Assembly (NCBI GenBank): GCA_951406725.2
Contig: OX597821.1
Location: 11,222,001 to 11,286,000, forward strand
From: Octopus vulgaris
Lineage: Eukaryota
Reading direction: 5' to 3'
DNA length: 64,000 nucleotides
Below, piece by piece: positions 38,628 through 52,638 of this stretch. The notes below the pieces were generated by a model that made no database searches, was not told the origin of the DNA, and saw only the letters and a list, made by a program, of their open reading frames with translations. Each line of letters begins with the position of its first letter. The first letter of the stretch is position 1. The translations under genes and the position numbers were made by a program.

Positions 38628-38792
38628 AGACGAAGAAGAAGAAGAAGAAGAAGAAGAAGAAGGAGGAGGAGGAGGAGGAGGAGGAGGAGGAGAAAAAGAA
38701 GAAGAAGAAGAAGAAGAAGAAGAGAAGAAGAAGAAGAAGAAGAAGAAGAAGAAGAAGAAGAAGAAGAAGAAGAAGAAGAAGAAGAAGAAGAA
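38628..38792. repeat. (GAA)n/(GAG)n purine tract
   Basis: Direct reading. Confidence 0.97.
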
Positions 38793-39084
38793 GGTTATTA
38801 CTAGTGGTTTTATAGTTTAAGAAGCTGGTAGTCGTAAGTGACCATAATTTAAAGAGTTGATGATAGTGATGGTGCAGGTGGCCGTGGCGATGGAGGCAGC
38901 GCCTATGCTTACGATGGTGGAGCTTGTTATAGACGTGCCAGTGGAAATGCTAATTGCAGCAGGTGAGGGTGATCTGTCTTTCATATAATAATGAGAATAT
39001 GTCCAGAAAATAGGGAAATAGAACGACAAATACCAAGTGTGTCATACATAATGACACTAACATATACATATATTTAAATATCTA

Positions 39085-39152
<68 letters not shown>

Positions 39153-39258
39153 TATATATACGGCTGTGTGTGATTGTGTAGATTTTAAAATCAGACAAGG
39201 TTGGAATTCCTTTTATTAATATATATATATATATATACATACATACACACACACACAC

Positions 39259-39303
<45 letters not shown>

Positions 39304-39445
39304 TGTGTATACATATATATATCAGTGTGTCTACTTATGTATCTCTCTATATGAGTGTGTATATGTAAATATGTTTATGGATATGTATATATATATATAT
39401 ATTTGTGCATTTGTATTCGCACTCGCACAGTACATCGATACATAC

Positions 39446-39521
<76 letters not shown>

Positions 39522-39542
39522 GTGTGTGTGTGCGTGTACATA

Positions 39543-40738
39543 TTAGTTAATCCCATAAATAATGCGGATTTTTCCATTGCGTGAACGAAAGTTGGAGTGG
39601 GACTGGATAAATAACCTGCATCAACTTGCTATAACATTAGGTAGTAATTTTTACCTTGTACTTATTCTTTGTTCAATTTTTGAAAGTGCAGTTCGGTTTT
39701 AAAAGTTATTTTTTCAAAACTATAACGAAAGTAACAACGGAGCATGTTCGTCATGTTTTGATTTATGAGTTCAATAAAGGCAACAACGCAACGAAAAATG
39801 TAAGGAATATTAATGCATTATATGCGGATTGAACAATAAACGTAAGCATCTGTCAACGGGGCTTCCAGAAACTCCGAGCCGGAAACTACAGCCTAGAAGA
39901 TGTGCCTCGTCCGGGGAGATCTGTAGAGCGCGACGAGGACGTCCTGCAAACCCTGGTGGAACAAAATTCCATCGTAGCTGTCGAGGAAGTAGCAGGGAAG
40001 CTTGTATTCAGTCATCCAAGCATTCATCGACACCTGTGTGCAATCGGAAAAGTCAGCAAGTTCGGTCAAGGAGTTCCTCACAAAATTTCCGCGTCTAATC
40101 GCGTGCAGAGAGTGATGTGTGCTCTTCTTTGCTTTCTCTATGAAAATATCAAGCGCCAAAGAGAGTGGGTAGGGAAAGGGAAACACCGGCACCCCACGCT
40201 AAAGAAGGTCTTCGCCCACGTAAGGTGTTGTTATCTGTTTGGTGGGATATGAAAGGTTTAGTCCCGTTTGAAGTTTGAAACCGAAACCAAACAATAACAA
40301 AGGAGATCTACTGCCAGCAACTTGGGCAGCTTCAGTCAGCACTAGAAGAAAAACGACCACCTTTGGTTCCAAAACGAAAGGTGTGCTTCCATTAGGATAA
40401 TGCTCGGCCACATACAGCGAGGATGACATTCCAAAGGCTGGAGTAGTTTGAATTGGAAACGATGCTCCACACACTATACTCGCCGGACATTGCCCCATCT
40501 GATTATCATTTATTTCGAATGTTTGAAAATCGTTTGGACTGGAGAACATGAATTCTGTAGATGAGATCAGAACAGTAGTGCAGGAATATTTTTTGTCATG
40601 GACAAATGAATTTTGGAAGAGGGGACCTTGAAAGAGCATTTTAGAAAATGAAGGAGAGTATATTTTAGATTTTTAAAAAATTGCTTATGTCAATTTTGAA
40701 CATAAAAATATAAAGAAACGCATTATTTATGGGATGAG

Positions 40739-40742
<4 letters not shown>
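39543..40742 (+). mobile_element. Mariner (DD34D-type) element with pseudogenised transposase
   Basis: TIRs TTAGTTAATCCCATAAATAATGCG / CGCATTATTTATGGGATGAGCTAA with TA flanks. Motifs PRPGRS, GVPH (for WVPH), DNARPH and YSPDIAPSDYHLF, with stops and frameshifts. Confidence 0.92.
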
Positions 40743-40806
<64 letters not shown>

Positions 40807-41289
40807 GACGTGTGTGTACAACCAACAAAAGAAGCATGTATGTGCGCCTGCGCACATGCAGACAAGCGCAAATCGAGAGAAGATTCTTTGTAATCACTTC
40901 GAATTCCTATAAAAAGAATCGTGTCTATCGCCATAGAAATGAAAGCAGAATTGTTTACAATTTCTCATTTTATAACTTAGAAGGAGAATAGAGAGCAACG
41001 CCCTCCATCATACATTTATCCTTTTTCTTCTTTAGAACTATCAAGAAATAAGAATCTTAAAATGGAAAGGTCGTCTGAAATGGCTCCTAGCGCCCTGATG
41101 TTAGTATTATTTCAAGATTATCTTAAGACAGACTACATGGGCAATTCTTAGGATATTTATAAAACCATAGAAAATTACTATAACATAAATATGTAACACA
41201 AATATATTCAGTATACACAAAATACAAAGATACATCAGGTACTGTACAAATTTATATCGAATTTGGATTTGCTGTGTTCTGCACATACA

Positions 41290-41439
<150 letters not shown>

Positions 41440-41636
41440 TATAGATAGATATAGATATATATATATATATACATACATGCATAAATATATACATACGTAT
41501 TTAGATATATGGTCAGGTAGGTACAATAAATTCAGGGTGAATACTTGATAAGTGTAAGCACCTGTATTTGCCAGCAAGTAGCAGAGGTGAGAGGGTATAT
41601 GCATCAAATGAAATAAAAAACAGAACACAAAGGATG

Positions 41637-41730
41637 TCGCGGTACACGTGTTTCAAGCTTTATACAACAACCTATTCTTACATCAATGTATAATCGACAT
41701 AACAGATGGTTTAAAGCTCTCTTCAGCCGC
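41637..41730 (-). ncRNA. Type I hammerhead ribozyme motif
   Basis: Minus strand: GCGG-CTGAAGA-GAGCTTTA..TAAAGCTT-GAAAC-ACGT-GTA-CCGC. All core nucleotides canonical, palindromic helix III ACACGUGU. Confidence 0.8.
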
Positions 41731-41895
41731 ATGCAATTGCTATACCAAAGACTTCTATCCCATTATGAAAGAATCATAAGATTTACAATCTTACTTTCTC
41801 AGTGAAACTCAATACACCCACCATTATAGATAATACAAAATGTACATATTCGGTTTTTTCATAATGGGATGGAAGTCTTTGGTATAGCAATTGCA

Positions 41896-41989
41896 TGCGG
41901 CTGAAGAGAGCTTCAAACCATCTGTTATGTCGATTATACATTGATGTAAGAATAGGTTGTTGTATAAAGCTTGAAACACGTGTACCGTG
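41896..41989 (+). ncRNA. Type I hammerhead ribozyme motif
   Basis: TGCGG-CTGAAGA(41901-07)-GAGCTT..AAGCTT-GAAAC(41973-77)-ACGT-GTA(41982-84)-CCGTG. Confidence 0.8.
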
Positions 41990-42674
41990 ACATCCTTTGT
42001 GTTCTGTTTTTTTTTATTTCATTTGATGCATATTTAGATATATGTGTATATATGGCTATTAGTGTCATTATGACACACCTGGCATTTGTCATTCTAGTTC
42101 TCTGTTTTCTAGATATATCTTGTTTATTATATGATGCAGGGAACACCGTCACCTGCTGCTATTAGCAGTGTCAGTATCGCTGCTGTTACAAAACTCCACC
42201 ATCTTAAGATGTGCGATTCGCAACATCCCTCTCATCAACATTTGGATTTATAATTATTTTAAGAAGTTCAATAAATTTGCAGTACCAAAAGTCAGAATAT
42301 AATGAATGTTAAATATCTAGGCGATGCCCCAGCATGGCCCGCAGTCTAATGACCGAAACAAGTACAAGTAAAATTACAATTATATGTAATGTTCTAAAAC
42401 AGAACATATTATCTTTAGAAAGATAATGAAGAATATGAGTTTATTAGACGAGAAGGAGGTCACAGTTATATGCTCGTGTATTTACTAGTATAGCTATGAG
42501 TTATTCTGTTTTACATATTTAGTAAATAAGGACGTTTAATAGGGTCTTCTTAACATACTTTCAGATAATGGACATATTTATTATCTTTAGTATGGGTTTC
42601 TTCGCAATTTCACATATCACACATTTCTTCCCCGCTTTTTTGTGAATTTTCCACTTAAAATTGTGTTCAGTTTT

Positions 42675-42975
42675 TGATACAAGGCCTGCAAGTACTGGGG
42701 AGTGGAGTAATTCGATTACATCGACCTCAGTATTCTACTGGCATTTATCTGCCCCGAAGGGATGAAAGACAATGCCAACGGAATTTGAACTCAGAGCGTA
42801 AAGACGGACGAAATACCGTTTAGCATTTTGTCCTCCGTGCTATCAATTCTGCCAGCTCGCCGACTTTGCCGTTCATCCTTTCGCGGTCGATAAATTAAGT
42901 ACCAGTTGAGTAGTGGGGTCAATGTGATCGACTTAGTCCTCTCCCTTTGACTCTGTGTCAAAATTTGAAACCATT
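42675..42975. mobile_element. Decayed SINE family C pieces in opposite orientations
   Basis: GAATTTGAACTCAGAGCGTAAAGACGGACG..CTGCCAGCTCGCC (-) followed by GACTTTGCC.TTCATCCTTTC..GTCGATAAATTAAGTACCAG (+). Confidence 0.7.
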
Positions 42976-44448
42976 AATGAAATCAGTAGCAATCCTTCAT
43001 CATTCTAGATATAATTGTATAATATTATTCAGATAATGGAAAACTATATGTGGTTCACGATAGTCCATATTGATGTATAAGTGTTTTTATCAGGTTTGCT
43101 GCAATATTTATACATGACTATGTATATAATGAGATCAACATCCAGGATATTCTTGAAGCTATTAATAATGTCTTTTCTATCAATACTGTCTATTTGTATG
43201 CTGAGATGCCTCTAAACCAAATATATGTCGGGCTCTCTCAGTAAATATACGTTACGCATTTCGGCCAACAAGCTTGCATATTTCTACATTGTCAAATGCT
43301 GCGTCTCTGACATCGATCGAAAATGTGGGGTTCTTGATTCTTCTATCAATGGAGAATCTTTACTAACGAGTATGTATGTGTGCTTGTATGTACATGTGTG
43401 CGTTTGTCAGTGTGTGTGCGCGTTGCTGTGTGTGTTTGTGTGTATGTGTTTGTATGTATATTGAGAAAATACATAAACGGCGGTGCATCAGCATGGCCGC
43501 AGCTCTGAGCTGAAACTAGAAAAGAAAAATGTGTACGAGTTTGCATGTCTGTGTATCGTTTCTTTCTCGTAGCTTCCCCGCCTCCCATTTGCTTGCCTTG
43601 GATTTGTTTATTTACTTTTTTCTCTATTCTAGCGTTCACAATTCTCCCCCAATACTTATTATTCGCACCTCTACCTCCCTTTTTACATCTTCCACATCTT
43701 TTATTAATGCCAATATATTCATCCACCAGAATCCTCTGACATTTCTGTTCACCAATTAAAGATTCTGTCTCAAACATTACACACTTCTTATACAATATCT
43801 CGCCATTTAATAGTTAAATATATAATGGTTTAGCATAATTATTGATTTCCAAACTTCTCACACCTTGGTTTATTACCTGATAAAATGTGACTTGGTATAT
43901 TATTGAGATAGATGCAATAATTTTAAGAATTATCGTAGAACGAGTCTTTTAGTAGCACAGCCACTTATTTTTATTGAGCTGGGTGAATGGTAATTGTCGC
44001 ACATTTACTCTGCTACAAATATTGAACTTCATTTCACTTTATATAAACAGTATTCCATATAAACAACGAATATGGCGAGTGCTTGCTGTTGATATTTTGT
44101 TTTTGATAACGAAACGTCAATATTTATGTTGAAGTCTGAACAAACAGACATATGGTATGTGTAAGGGTGAGCAAGAATATGAGAAAATTTTCAATAACTT
44201 CAAGTATTTATTTACAAATTAGCTTGTTCTGAGTATTTCGAACTTTATGATAAAACACACGCATACAAACATATAAGTAAAGAAGTGTAAACATGTCTGT
44301 ATAGCATTTAGTTGTCATTTCTTCCTCCACCTTCTCTCTAACTTTCAAATCTGTTGTAGTTATATACCTAATTCTCTCACTCTTTCTCTCTCTCTCTTTC
44401 TCTCTCTCTCTTTCGCTCTCCCCCTCTCTCTCTCTCTCTGTATATATA

Positions 44449-44680
44449 TATTTCTTTACTACCCACAAGGGGCTAAACACAGAGGGGACAAATAAGGACA
44501 GACAAACGGATTAAGTCGATTATATCGACCCCAGTGCGTAACTGGTACTTAATTTATCGACCCCGAAAGGATGAAAGGCAAAGTCGACCTCAGTGGAATT
44601 TGAACTCAGAACGTAACGGCAGACGAAATACGGCTACGCATTTCGCCCGGTGTGCTAACGTTTCTGCCAGCTCGTCGCCT
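44449..44680 (-). mobile_element. SINE family C copy
   Basis: Reverse complement of 15083-15311. Confidence 0.9.
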
Positions 44681-44685
44681 TATTT

Positions 44686-44840
<155 letters not shown>

Positions 44841-45536
44841 TCATTGATTGATTAATTCATTGAGTTTTTTTAATTAATTCATTGATTTACTGATTTATCA
44901 CAGCGTACTTCAGACTAGGCAATGCTGCATGAAAGTAAAGCAGAACTCAATACCTGGCAAGGGGAAATATTCAATGTGCTGGTTAGAGTTTCTGTACCAA
45001 AATTTTGCTACACACATTTTTATATAGTAAGAGCGTCCTTTGGGTAATCACCAGACAAGAATGTAATATCGAAACAGCTGTGCGTTCCTTGCTGAATTTT
45101 GTTCTGTTGTAATCGTGGATAGTTGAAAGTCCACATCCAACATAATGAAGTTATCCTAACATTTTTTACTAATAAGAAATGCATAGTTACGTACACATGT
45201 ACACAGGAACACACAGGTGCCAACCTGTTTCCTTCTATATTTAAAAACATATGTACTTTATAACCGTCTACCCATTAGTACTCAAAATCTCCTGTTGTTT
45301 AAGAACGTGTGTGCAGTATGAATATGCATATATGCGTATATATATGTGTATAAGTGTGTGTGTTGTGCGTACGTGTGTGTCTATGTGTATACATATGTAC
45401 GCATGTAAGTTGATAAATGTTTGTACAAGTATATGAATAACGATATACCCATCATCACAAACATACATGCACATTTATCTATCCGTCTATCCATATATCT
45501 ATCTCTATACATATGTATACAAACACACACACACAA

Positions 45537-45594
<58 letters not shown>

Positions 45595-46369
45595 CAGAGA
45601 GACCGAGAAGTTATGCCGACCCTCTGGAGGACCTTTGTAATAATCTACATACGGAATATTTTAGAAAGGCTGGTACCTAATTTCGGCATTCAATGTTATA
45701 CAAATGACAGAACAGGACGTCATTGAATTATACCGAAGGTACCATCGACTCGCTCAATATTCAGGACCAGCTCCTGCAGTGGCCTAGAGTGAGTGAGAGA
45801 CAGTGACAGACAGAGAACTGTGATGTGGTCACTGTCTCTCCCTCACTCTTCCTCCTTTGCTTACGTGGCTCCCACGTAATCATCGGCCACTTTTCTTTCT
45901 TTCCTTAACTTGTGGTTCTTTCTTCCTGTTGCAACTGGATAAGGAAGATGTATTCTTGTCTGTCTCCTGTCCAAGCTTGTTTCTTAGCATTCGCCACCAC
46001 AACCTTGTTTAGGCTTTGCAACCCTCCCTGTTTGTTTTCACTGTCCGGTTCTTGTCACCAATTTCGACCCTCCGCAAAATTCCGAATTTTATTTAATTTG
46101 CTTCGCGGTAGCAACTGTTTTATAGAAGGCGTATCTTTTCGTGAAATGCTCGATATACGGATTAGAAAAACAGCCGACAACTGATGAAGGGTCGTTCTTT
46201 GTGTTGTTTGCCTTGTTTTCTATTTGTTTCTTTTGTTGCCCGCAAAAAGTACATATTCCATGTCCTCTTACTTTGTATTTTTGTTGTTTACGTTTTCTGA
46301 CGTTCTGTGCCCATATATGCATATGTATATACGTATACATGTAAGTATGTACATATACGTATGTATATA

Positions 46370-46414
<45 letters not shown>

Positions 46415-46485
46415 TATATTATTTATATTATTATATGATTGATCACCACGTATAACTTTTTAAGTACGTTTAATCTATATATATA

Positions 46486-47330
46486 CGAGGAGTTGCCCTA
46501 AAGTAACCGGAAACGTTCTATGTGGGACAAGCTCACTGTAGTTCAGGCTAAAGCAGCTAAAAGCCACTTGATGCGAACCTTAGGCATCAGTCTGCCGACC
46601 AGCATGTTCTGCTGAAGCCGTAATCCCACGTAGTGCGCCTTTCTTTTGCACTGCTTCTCCCACCTTTCGTCGATTTTTGCGATGTTTAAAAAAAAATCGA
46701 AGAGCGCACTTTTGTGAAATTCTGTTTTCTGCTGGGGAAACAGCGACTGAAAAAGCTGTCATGCTTCAGACTGGTTACAGATAGGTTACAAGGACGCTGC
46801 CATGAGCAAAACACAAGTTTACGAGTGATTTTCACGCTTTAGGAATGGTGGCTTGTCGTTTGAAGACCAACTTCGTTCAGGGTGACCGACGATCTCCTGA
46901 ACAAGTAAACACTGATCCTGGAGGACCGTCACCGAACACGATGAACTTGTTGACATGGCTGGTGTGTCCTGGAGCCCCTCTCAACGAATTTTGGGCGTGG
47001 CTTTGTGAATGAAAAGAATTGCAGCAAAATTTGTGCCTCGCTTCCTCGAGGAAGATCAAAAGCCGTCAGATCTGAATGCACGTCGTGAACTGAAAGGACA
47101 GCTGGAAGTCGTTCTTGAACTATTTGCGAAGGTCATCACTGGTGACGAAGCCTGGTCCTACGGAATTTGCAGATGTAGAAGAGATGAAGAAAAAAACGAC
47201 GGAGGCGATAAAAGACATCACTTCGCCGAAATTCCAGCTCTGCTTCGAACAGTGGAAACGCGTCCGGACCGATGCATTGCTTCAAATGGAGAATACTTTG
47301 AAAGCAATAAAAGTTTATAGACACAAGGTA
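46486..47330 (+). mobile_element. Internally deleted mariner element
   Basis: TA-CGAGG TIR-like start. MKRIAAKFVPRFL..KVITGDEAWSYG joins directly to the C-terminal FADVEEMK..FEQWK..RCIASNGEYFE. Right TIR not recognisable. Confidence 0.85.
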
Positions 47331-47550
47331 ATGATAAAAATACATAGAGGCATACCAAACAAGTACACGTATATGTTATTATAACTTTCAGCCCACCAGC
47401 ATATGCACGCACTTGAATGAACAGAAACGTATTCTCGCACGCACACGCGCGCTCTTTTCTCACACACACACACACGTTTGCACGCACCCACATACTCATG
47501 TATGCATATGTTCACAAGCACGTATTTCTGTATGCTATTTTATTATAACT

Positions 47551-47849
47551 GTGGAGGCGCAATGGTCCAGTGGTTAGGGCAGCGGACTCGCGGTTGTAGG
47601 ATCACGGTTTCGATTCCTAGACCGGGCGCTGTGAGTGTTTATTGAGCGAAAACACCTAAAACTTCACGAGCCCCCAGCAGGGTGGTGGTGGCGATCCCTG
47701 CTGTACTTTTTCGCCACAACTTTTTCTTCTGTTGGCCTGCTCGCTTCGCCAGCAGGGTGGTGTCATTTGAAGGCTTAAACATTGCGAAGCGCATTGTGAC
47801 CAGCGATGTGTAGCAACATCTGATAGCCTGGTCGTTCACGGTCACGGTG
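47551..47849 (+). mobile_element. tRNA SINE, head 1 + tail 2
   Basis: First ~170 bp as family A, then an unrelated tail ending (TCACGG)2. TSD ATTTTATTATAACT. Confidence 0.9.
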
Positions 47850-48380
47850 ATTTTATTATAACTAGTTAGTGTTACCTACTTCATAATGTTGATTCGTTTA
47901 CTGGATTTTTAGTCTGGCTTGATGATTATAATCACCTTTGATCAAATGAATATATTTTTCCTTGTGGCGTTCGGAAATTAAGTCGCATCACCTATTTCAT
48001 AAATATGAAAGTTTAGTGAGGAAGAAGCACATTTAAATATAGATTATAATCTAAATAAAAACGTTACGAATACAGTAATAAAAAAGCACGAAGTACTTTC
48101 GTAATAACTTGGCAAAATTAGTTGAAATTTCCAACTCTCCAGCACTGGGCTAAAAATGCAAAGAAATGACAGAATCGTTCGACCGTCGGGAAAAATGCAT
48201 TGCAGTTTTTTTTTCCGGATTTTTACATATTCAGTTAAAATCTAGCCGAGGTCAACTTTGCCATTCAGCTATTCAGTGTCAATAAAATAAACTACCATTC
48301 GAGTACAGTAATCGCTTTATCTCTTTCCCTTAAAATTACTGGCCTTGTGCCTATTTCAGAACCTAATATTACTGAAGATA

Positions 48381-48764
48381 GTGGAGGCGCAATGTCCCAG
48401 TGGTTAGGGCAGCGGACTCGCGGTCGTAGGATCGCGGTTTCGATTCCCAGACCGGGCGTTGTGAGTGTTTATTGAGCGAAAACACCTAAAGCTCCACGAG
48501 GCTCCGGCAGGGGGTGATGATCCCTGCTGTACTCTTTCACCACAACTTTCTCTCACTCTTACTTCCTGTTTCTGTTGTACCTGTATTTCAAAGGGCCGGC
48601 CTTGTCACTCTCTGTGTCACACTGAATATCCCCGAGAACTTCGTTAAGGGTACACGTGTCTGTGGAGTGCTCAGCCACTTACACGTTAATTTCACGAGCA
48701 GGCTGTTCCGTTGATCGGATCAACCGGAACCCTCGTCGTCGTAACCGACGGAGTGCTTCCATCC
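48381..48764 (+). mobile_element. Full-length SINE family A
   Basis: Near-identical to 12797-13184. TSD ATTACTGAAGATA. Confidence 0.92.
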
Positions 48765-49604
48765 ATTACTGAAGATACGGTATTAAGAGTAGAAGATACT
48801 TTTGTTTCTAAAGTGCAACATAGTCAAGGTGATATTAACGTTGTAAATCGTACTCACTTTTAAATGTCATACCTAATTTGACAATGTGGTGTTTCGGCTG
48901 TAAGCAGAAATGTATATCTATCAATTGAATCCCAGCTCATGCTTCCGGCCTTAAATAATCGAATATATTATTTATGGAGTAGTCTGTGGTCAAAAACTGA
49001 CGCTCTGCTTAGTAGATAATCGAGTAAATTTCATAAATTATTTATTTGCCATAACTACTTGTTTTAACAGCTGAAGCTTGCTGGATTCTTTTTCTTTTCT
49101 TTTTTTTCTTTTCTGTTTGGAGTTACCTGATAAATATTTCTAAACTTGTTTGTTGCTTGCTTAGTTTGCTTCTTGCGTGAGAAGATGTCTTTCTCACTAA
49201 TTATACAACTATAAACTTCTTTGAGTTTACTAGTTGAAAAATTTTGAATATTTATTACCTCTTCAGGTTTAAGAAATCCTTGGCAACATTAGATTTCGCG
49301 GTAAGACTAAATAGATTACTTACCCTGATTACATTACTTTGACGTTTTTTGGTTCCATTAAATGGGATTGATTCAAGCTTCGAATTATCTATTCACCGGT
49401 GGTTTTAGCAGCTTAAATATCAATTGAATCTTCTTTTTCCTCTGCAGATATGGCGGAGAATTTCAAAATAATATTACACACAAGTTTCATAAAATGGTTA
49501 GCAATAGTTTGATGTTTCTGTCGAAGTAATTAGATGTTTTGTAAACTCTGGAATGTCGACTGATGTTCACAGCATTAGTAATTCATAAATACCACTTGAA
49601 ATAT

Positions 49605-50223
49605 ATTCTTTCCTACACTAGACACAAGGCCTAAAATTTTAGGGGAGGGGGCCGGTCGATTAGATCGATCCCAGTAAGCAACTGGTACTTAATTTATCCA
49701 CTCCGAAAGGATCAAAGGCAAAGTCGACCTCGGCGGAATTTGAACTCAGAACGCAAAGACATACGAAATACCTATTTCTTTACTACCCACAAGGGGCTAA
49801 ACACAGAGAGGACAAACAAGGACAGAAACACGGATTAAGTCGATTATATCGACCCCAGTGCGTAACTGGTACTCAATTTATCGACCCCAAAAGGATGAAA
49901 GGTAAAGTCGAACTCGGCGGAATTTTAAACTCAGAACATAACGGCAGACGAAATACGGCTACGCATTTCGCCCGGCGTGCTGACGTTTCTTATTTCTTTA
50001 TTTCCCATAAGGGGCTAAACACTGAGAGGACAAACAAGGACAGACAAACAGACTAAGTCGATTATGTCGACCCAAGTGCGTAACTGGTACTTATTTAATC
50101 GACCCCGAAAGGATGAAAGGCAAAGTCGACCTCGGATGAATTTGAACTCAGAACGTAACGGCAGACGAAATACTGCTAAGCATTTCGCTCGGCGTGCTAA
50201 CAGTTCTGCCAGCTCGCCGCCTT
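49605..50223 (-). mobile_element. Stack of 3 SINE family C units
   Basis: Three AAAGTCGA(C/A)CTCGG..AACTCAGAAC blocks. Junctions match those in 3945-4640. Confidence 0.88.
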
Positions 50224-50401
50224 AGGTAACTTGTCATTGTTTTCTCTAACCTTAGGCTTGACAAGAAAATTCACCTTAGCACGCAAAAGTCTATGGTTCG
50301 TCCAGCATTCTGCACCACATACACACATACATACACACACACACACAGTAAGGGAAATAAAGAGAGATTTTTGTGCAGATGTATACATATGTCTCTGTAT
50401 G

Positions 50402-50708
50402 TGTTTTGTTTGTTCCTTCTCGAGCGATACCTGGCTCATAGGGCCGGTTTTCCAGTTTCCTTGTCGTATAGGTTCCTCACCTGGACGGGATGCCGATCCG
50501 TCGCAGATGAGCTGCAAGATGCAGGAGGAAAGAGTAAGAGAAAGTTGTGGCGAAAGAGTCAGCAGAAGTTCGCCATTACCTTCTGCCGGAGCCGCTTGGA
50601 ACTTAGGTGTTTCGCTCATAAACACACACATCGCCAGGTCTGAGATTTAAACCCGCGATCCCTCGACCGCGAGTTCGCTGCTCTAGGAACTAGGCCATGT
50701 GCCTCCAC
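50402..50708 (-). mobile_element. tRNA SINE, head 1-like + tail 3
   Basis: Minus strand GTGGAGGCACATGGCCTAG..GAGCGAAACACCTAAG..CCACAACTTTCTC, then TGCGACGGATCGGCATCCCGTCCAGG..GAAACTGGAAAACCGG. Confidence 0.85.
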
Positions 50709-51419
50709 GCCTCTGTATATAAATGTGATAAATAACTGCAATTACGTATATATGTGTAATCATGGGTATTCATGTGTCGATAGGGTACATATGCCTATCT
50801 CTGACTGTGTCTAGCGAGGAGAAATAATTATTTACGTAGTTTAGTAATGCTCAAACCGAATCTAAAACACTCCGTCGATTTTCTATAAGTAACAATTAAA
50901 TTTTCTCCGAAACATAATTACAATCTAAAACTTAGCGCATCACATTCGTCCTACAAGAAAATGTGTATGGTTCTGCAGATTTAACTGAAATAATTACAAA
51001 TCTCTATTAAATCAACCCCTCTTAGTATATGCGTGCATGCATAATCAAACTTCTCCTACTCCTTCACTCTCTCTTTCTTTCTCTCTCCTTGAATCTATCT
51101 CTCTCACCGTCTCTCTAACTCTCACTCTCTCTCTCTCTCTTAGCCTACTTTTGTCCCGCTCTCTCTCTCTCTGTCTATTTATCTCTCTTTGTCTCTCTCC
51201 CTCTCACACACGCAAACACATACACACAAACTCACACACATACACACAAGCACACGCACGCACAATTTTTTTCAAAACAGCTTTCCTCTACCAAGTTATA
51301 TTGACAATCTGCGCAGAAACACAGTAGAAAATACTTAACCAAGTAATTTTTCTGCTGGGCGACCGAAAGTGTAAAGGTGTCGTAGCCAGCGACTTCTTAT
51401 TTATACATATATAAAAAAT

Positions 51420-51676
51420 AAATGCGCCCTTTTTTTTAAAGTCTAGCCAGGCTCATGGGCCCGGTTTCCCGGTTTCTACGGCGTATGTGTTCCCCCCAGC
51501 TGGACGGGACGCCAATTCATCGCAGCGTTACTCATTTTTGCTAGCTAAGTGGACTGGAGCAACGTGAAATGAAGTGTTTTTCTCAAGAACACAACGCGTC
51601 GCCCGGTCCAGGAAACGAACCAACAATCTTACGACCATGATGCTGACACCCTAACCACTAAGCCACGAGCTTCCAC
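51420..51676 (-). mobile_element. tRNA SINE, head 2 (CORE-like) + tail 3
   Basis: Minus strand TGGCTTAGTGGTTAGG..TCTTGAGAAAAACACTTCATTTCACGTTGCTCCAGTCCAC..GGCGTCCCGTCCAG..GAAACCGGGAAACCGG. Candidate TSD TTATACATATA. Confidence 0.85.
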
Positions 51677-52600
51677 AATTATACATATACGCGGCAAAAC
51701 AAAAATATCTCAGACTTAAGTCTAATAAAACAGAGGCATACCTCAATTTACATCGTTTCGAGTAACGTTTTTTTTTCGGGTTTGTTTGTTTTTTTAAAAT
51801 ATTAATGAAAAAAATAATAAATAACCTCATGTTTAGTTGCTTAATCTGATTTTACGTAGGTCTACCAAGAGATGTTTAAAAGCATGAAAATGTTTTTAAA
51901 AATACACCTACAAACGAATACTAGTGGAAAGATCAAATGGAATGCTTATGAAAATATTTATGAATCATATATTATAACAGATATAAGCTAACACTTTTCT
52001 AAATGTTTCCGTGTTACATCGTTTTTCCAATTAAGTTGCATATCATGGAACCAATTACTGACGTCAGTTTAATTATGCCTGTACTTATATGCTAGTTCTT
52101 CCATAATTACTGCCCTACGTCAACTGTTGGCTAACCCCTTTAATTTCCTTTTTTTTTATTGTTGTTTTGACACAACTTAACTTTGATCCTGTAGCCTTAT
52201 TTTGAAACATATTCCAAATCCGTCCATTTGACTTTTCGATATCAGGTACTATATATTCCAATGCATTTAATCTTCATTGAATAAAATAAGGAATAATTTG
52301 AATCAGATTTAGCTGCTGTTTCTAGACGGTGGACAAACTATGTAGAAAGCCACTTGCTACCTTGGTTTTTAACGGACATTTTGCTAGGATAGTTTGTTTT
52401 TTTTTTAGTACAAGGAGATTTTATCAAGCAAACCAATGCTGAAAGACGATTCAGTCACGTCAGTTTCCCTTTGAATTTTACATTTAGAACTACATTGTTC
52501 AGTATATCTTCCTTCCTATTGTTTTCCTTCTTGCACCTTCAAACTATCTCTGATTGAGCAGACCTGTGACTAAAAGTTCTTCAGCATTAAATATACTGTC

Positions 52601-52634
<34 letters not shown>

Positions 52635-52638
<4 letters not shown>

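Larger units (their letters stand above)
41597..42033. mobile_element. Fold-back element: ~175-bp inverted arms, each with an intact hammerhead core
   Basis: 41597-41770 is the near-exact reverse complement of 41857-42033, with a ~85-bp spacer. Confidence 0.85.

Noticed and set aside
44952-44970. TACCTGGCAAGGGGAAATA resembles the U1 snRNA 5' region
   Set aside because: The similarity covers under 20 nt and the rest of U1 is absent.
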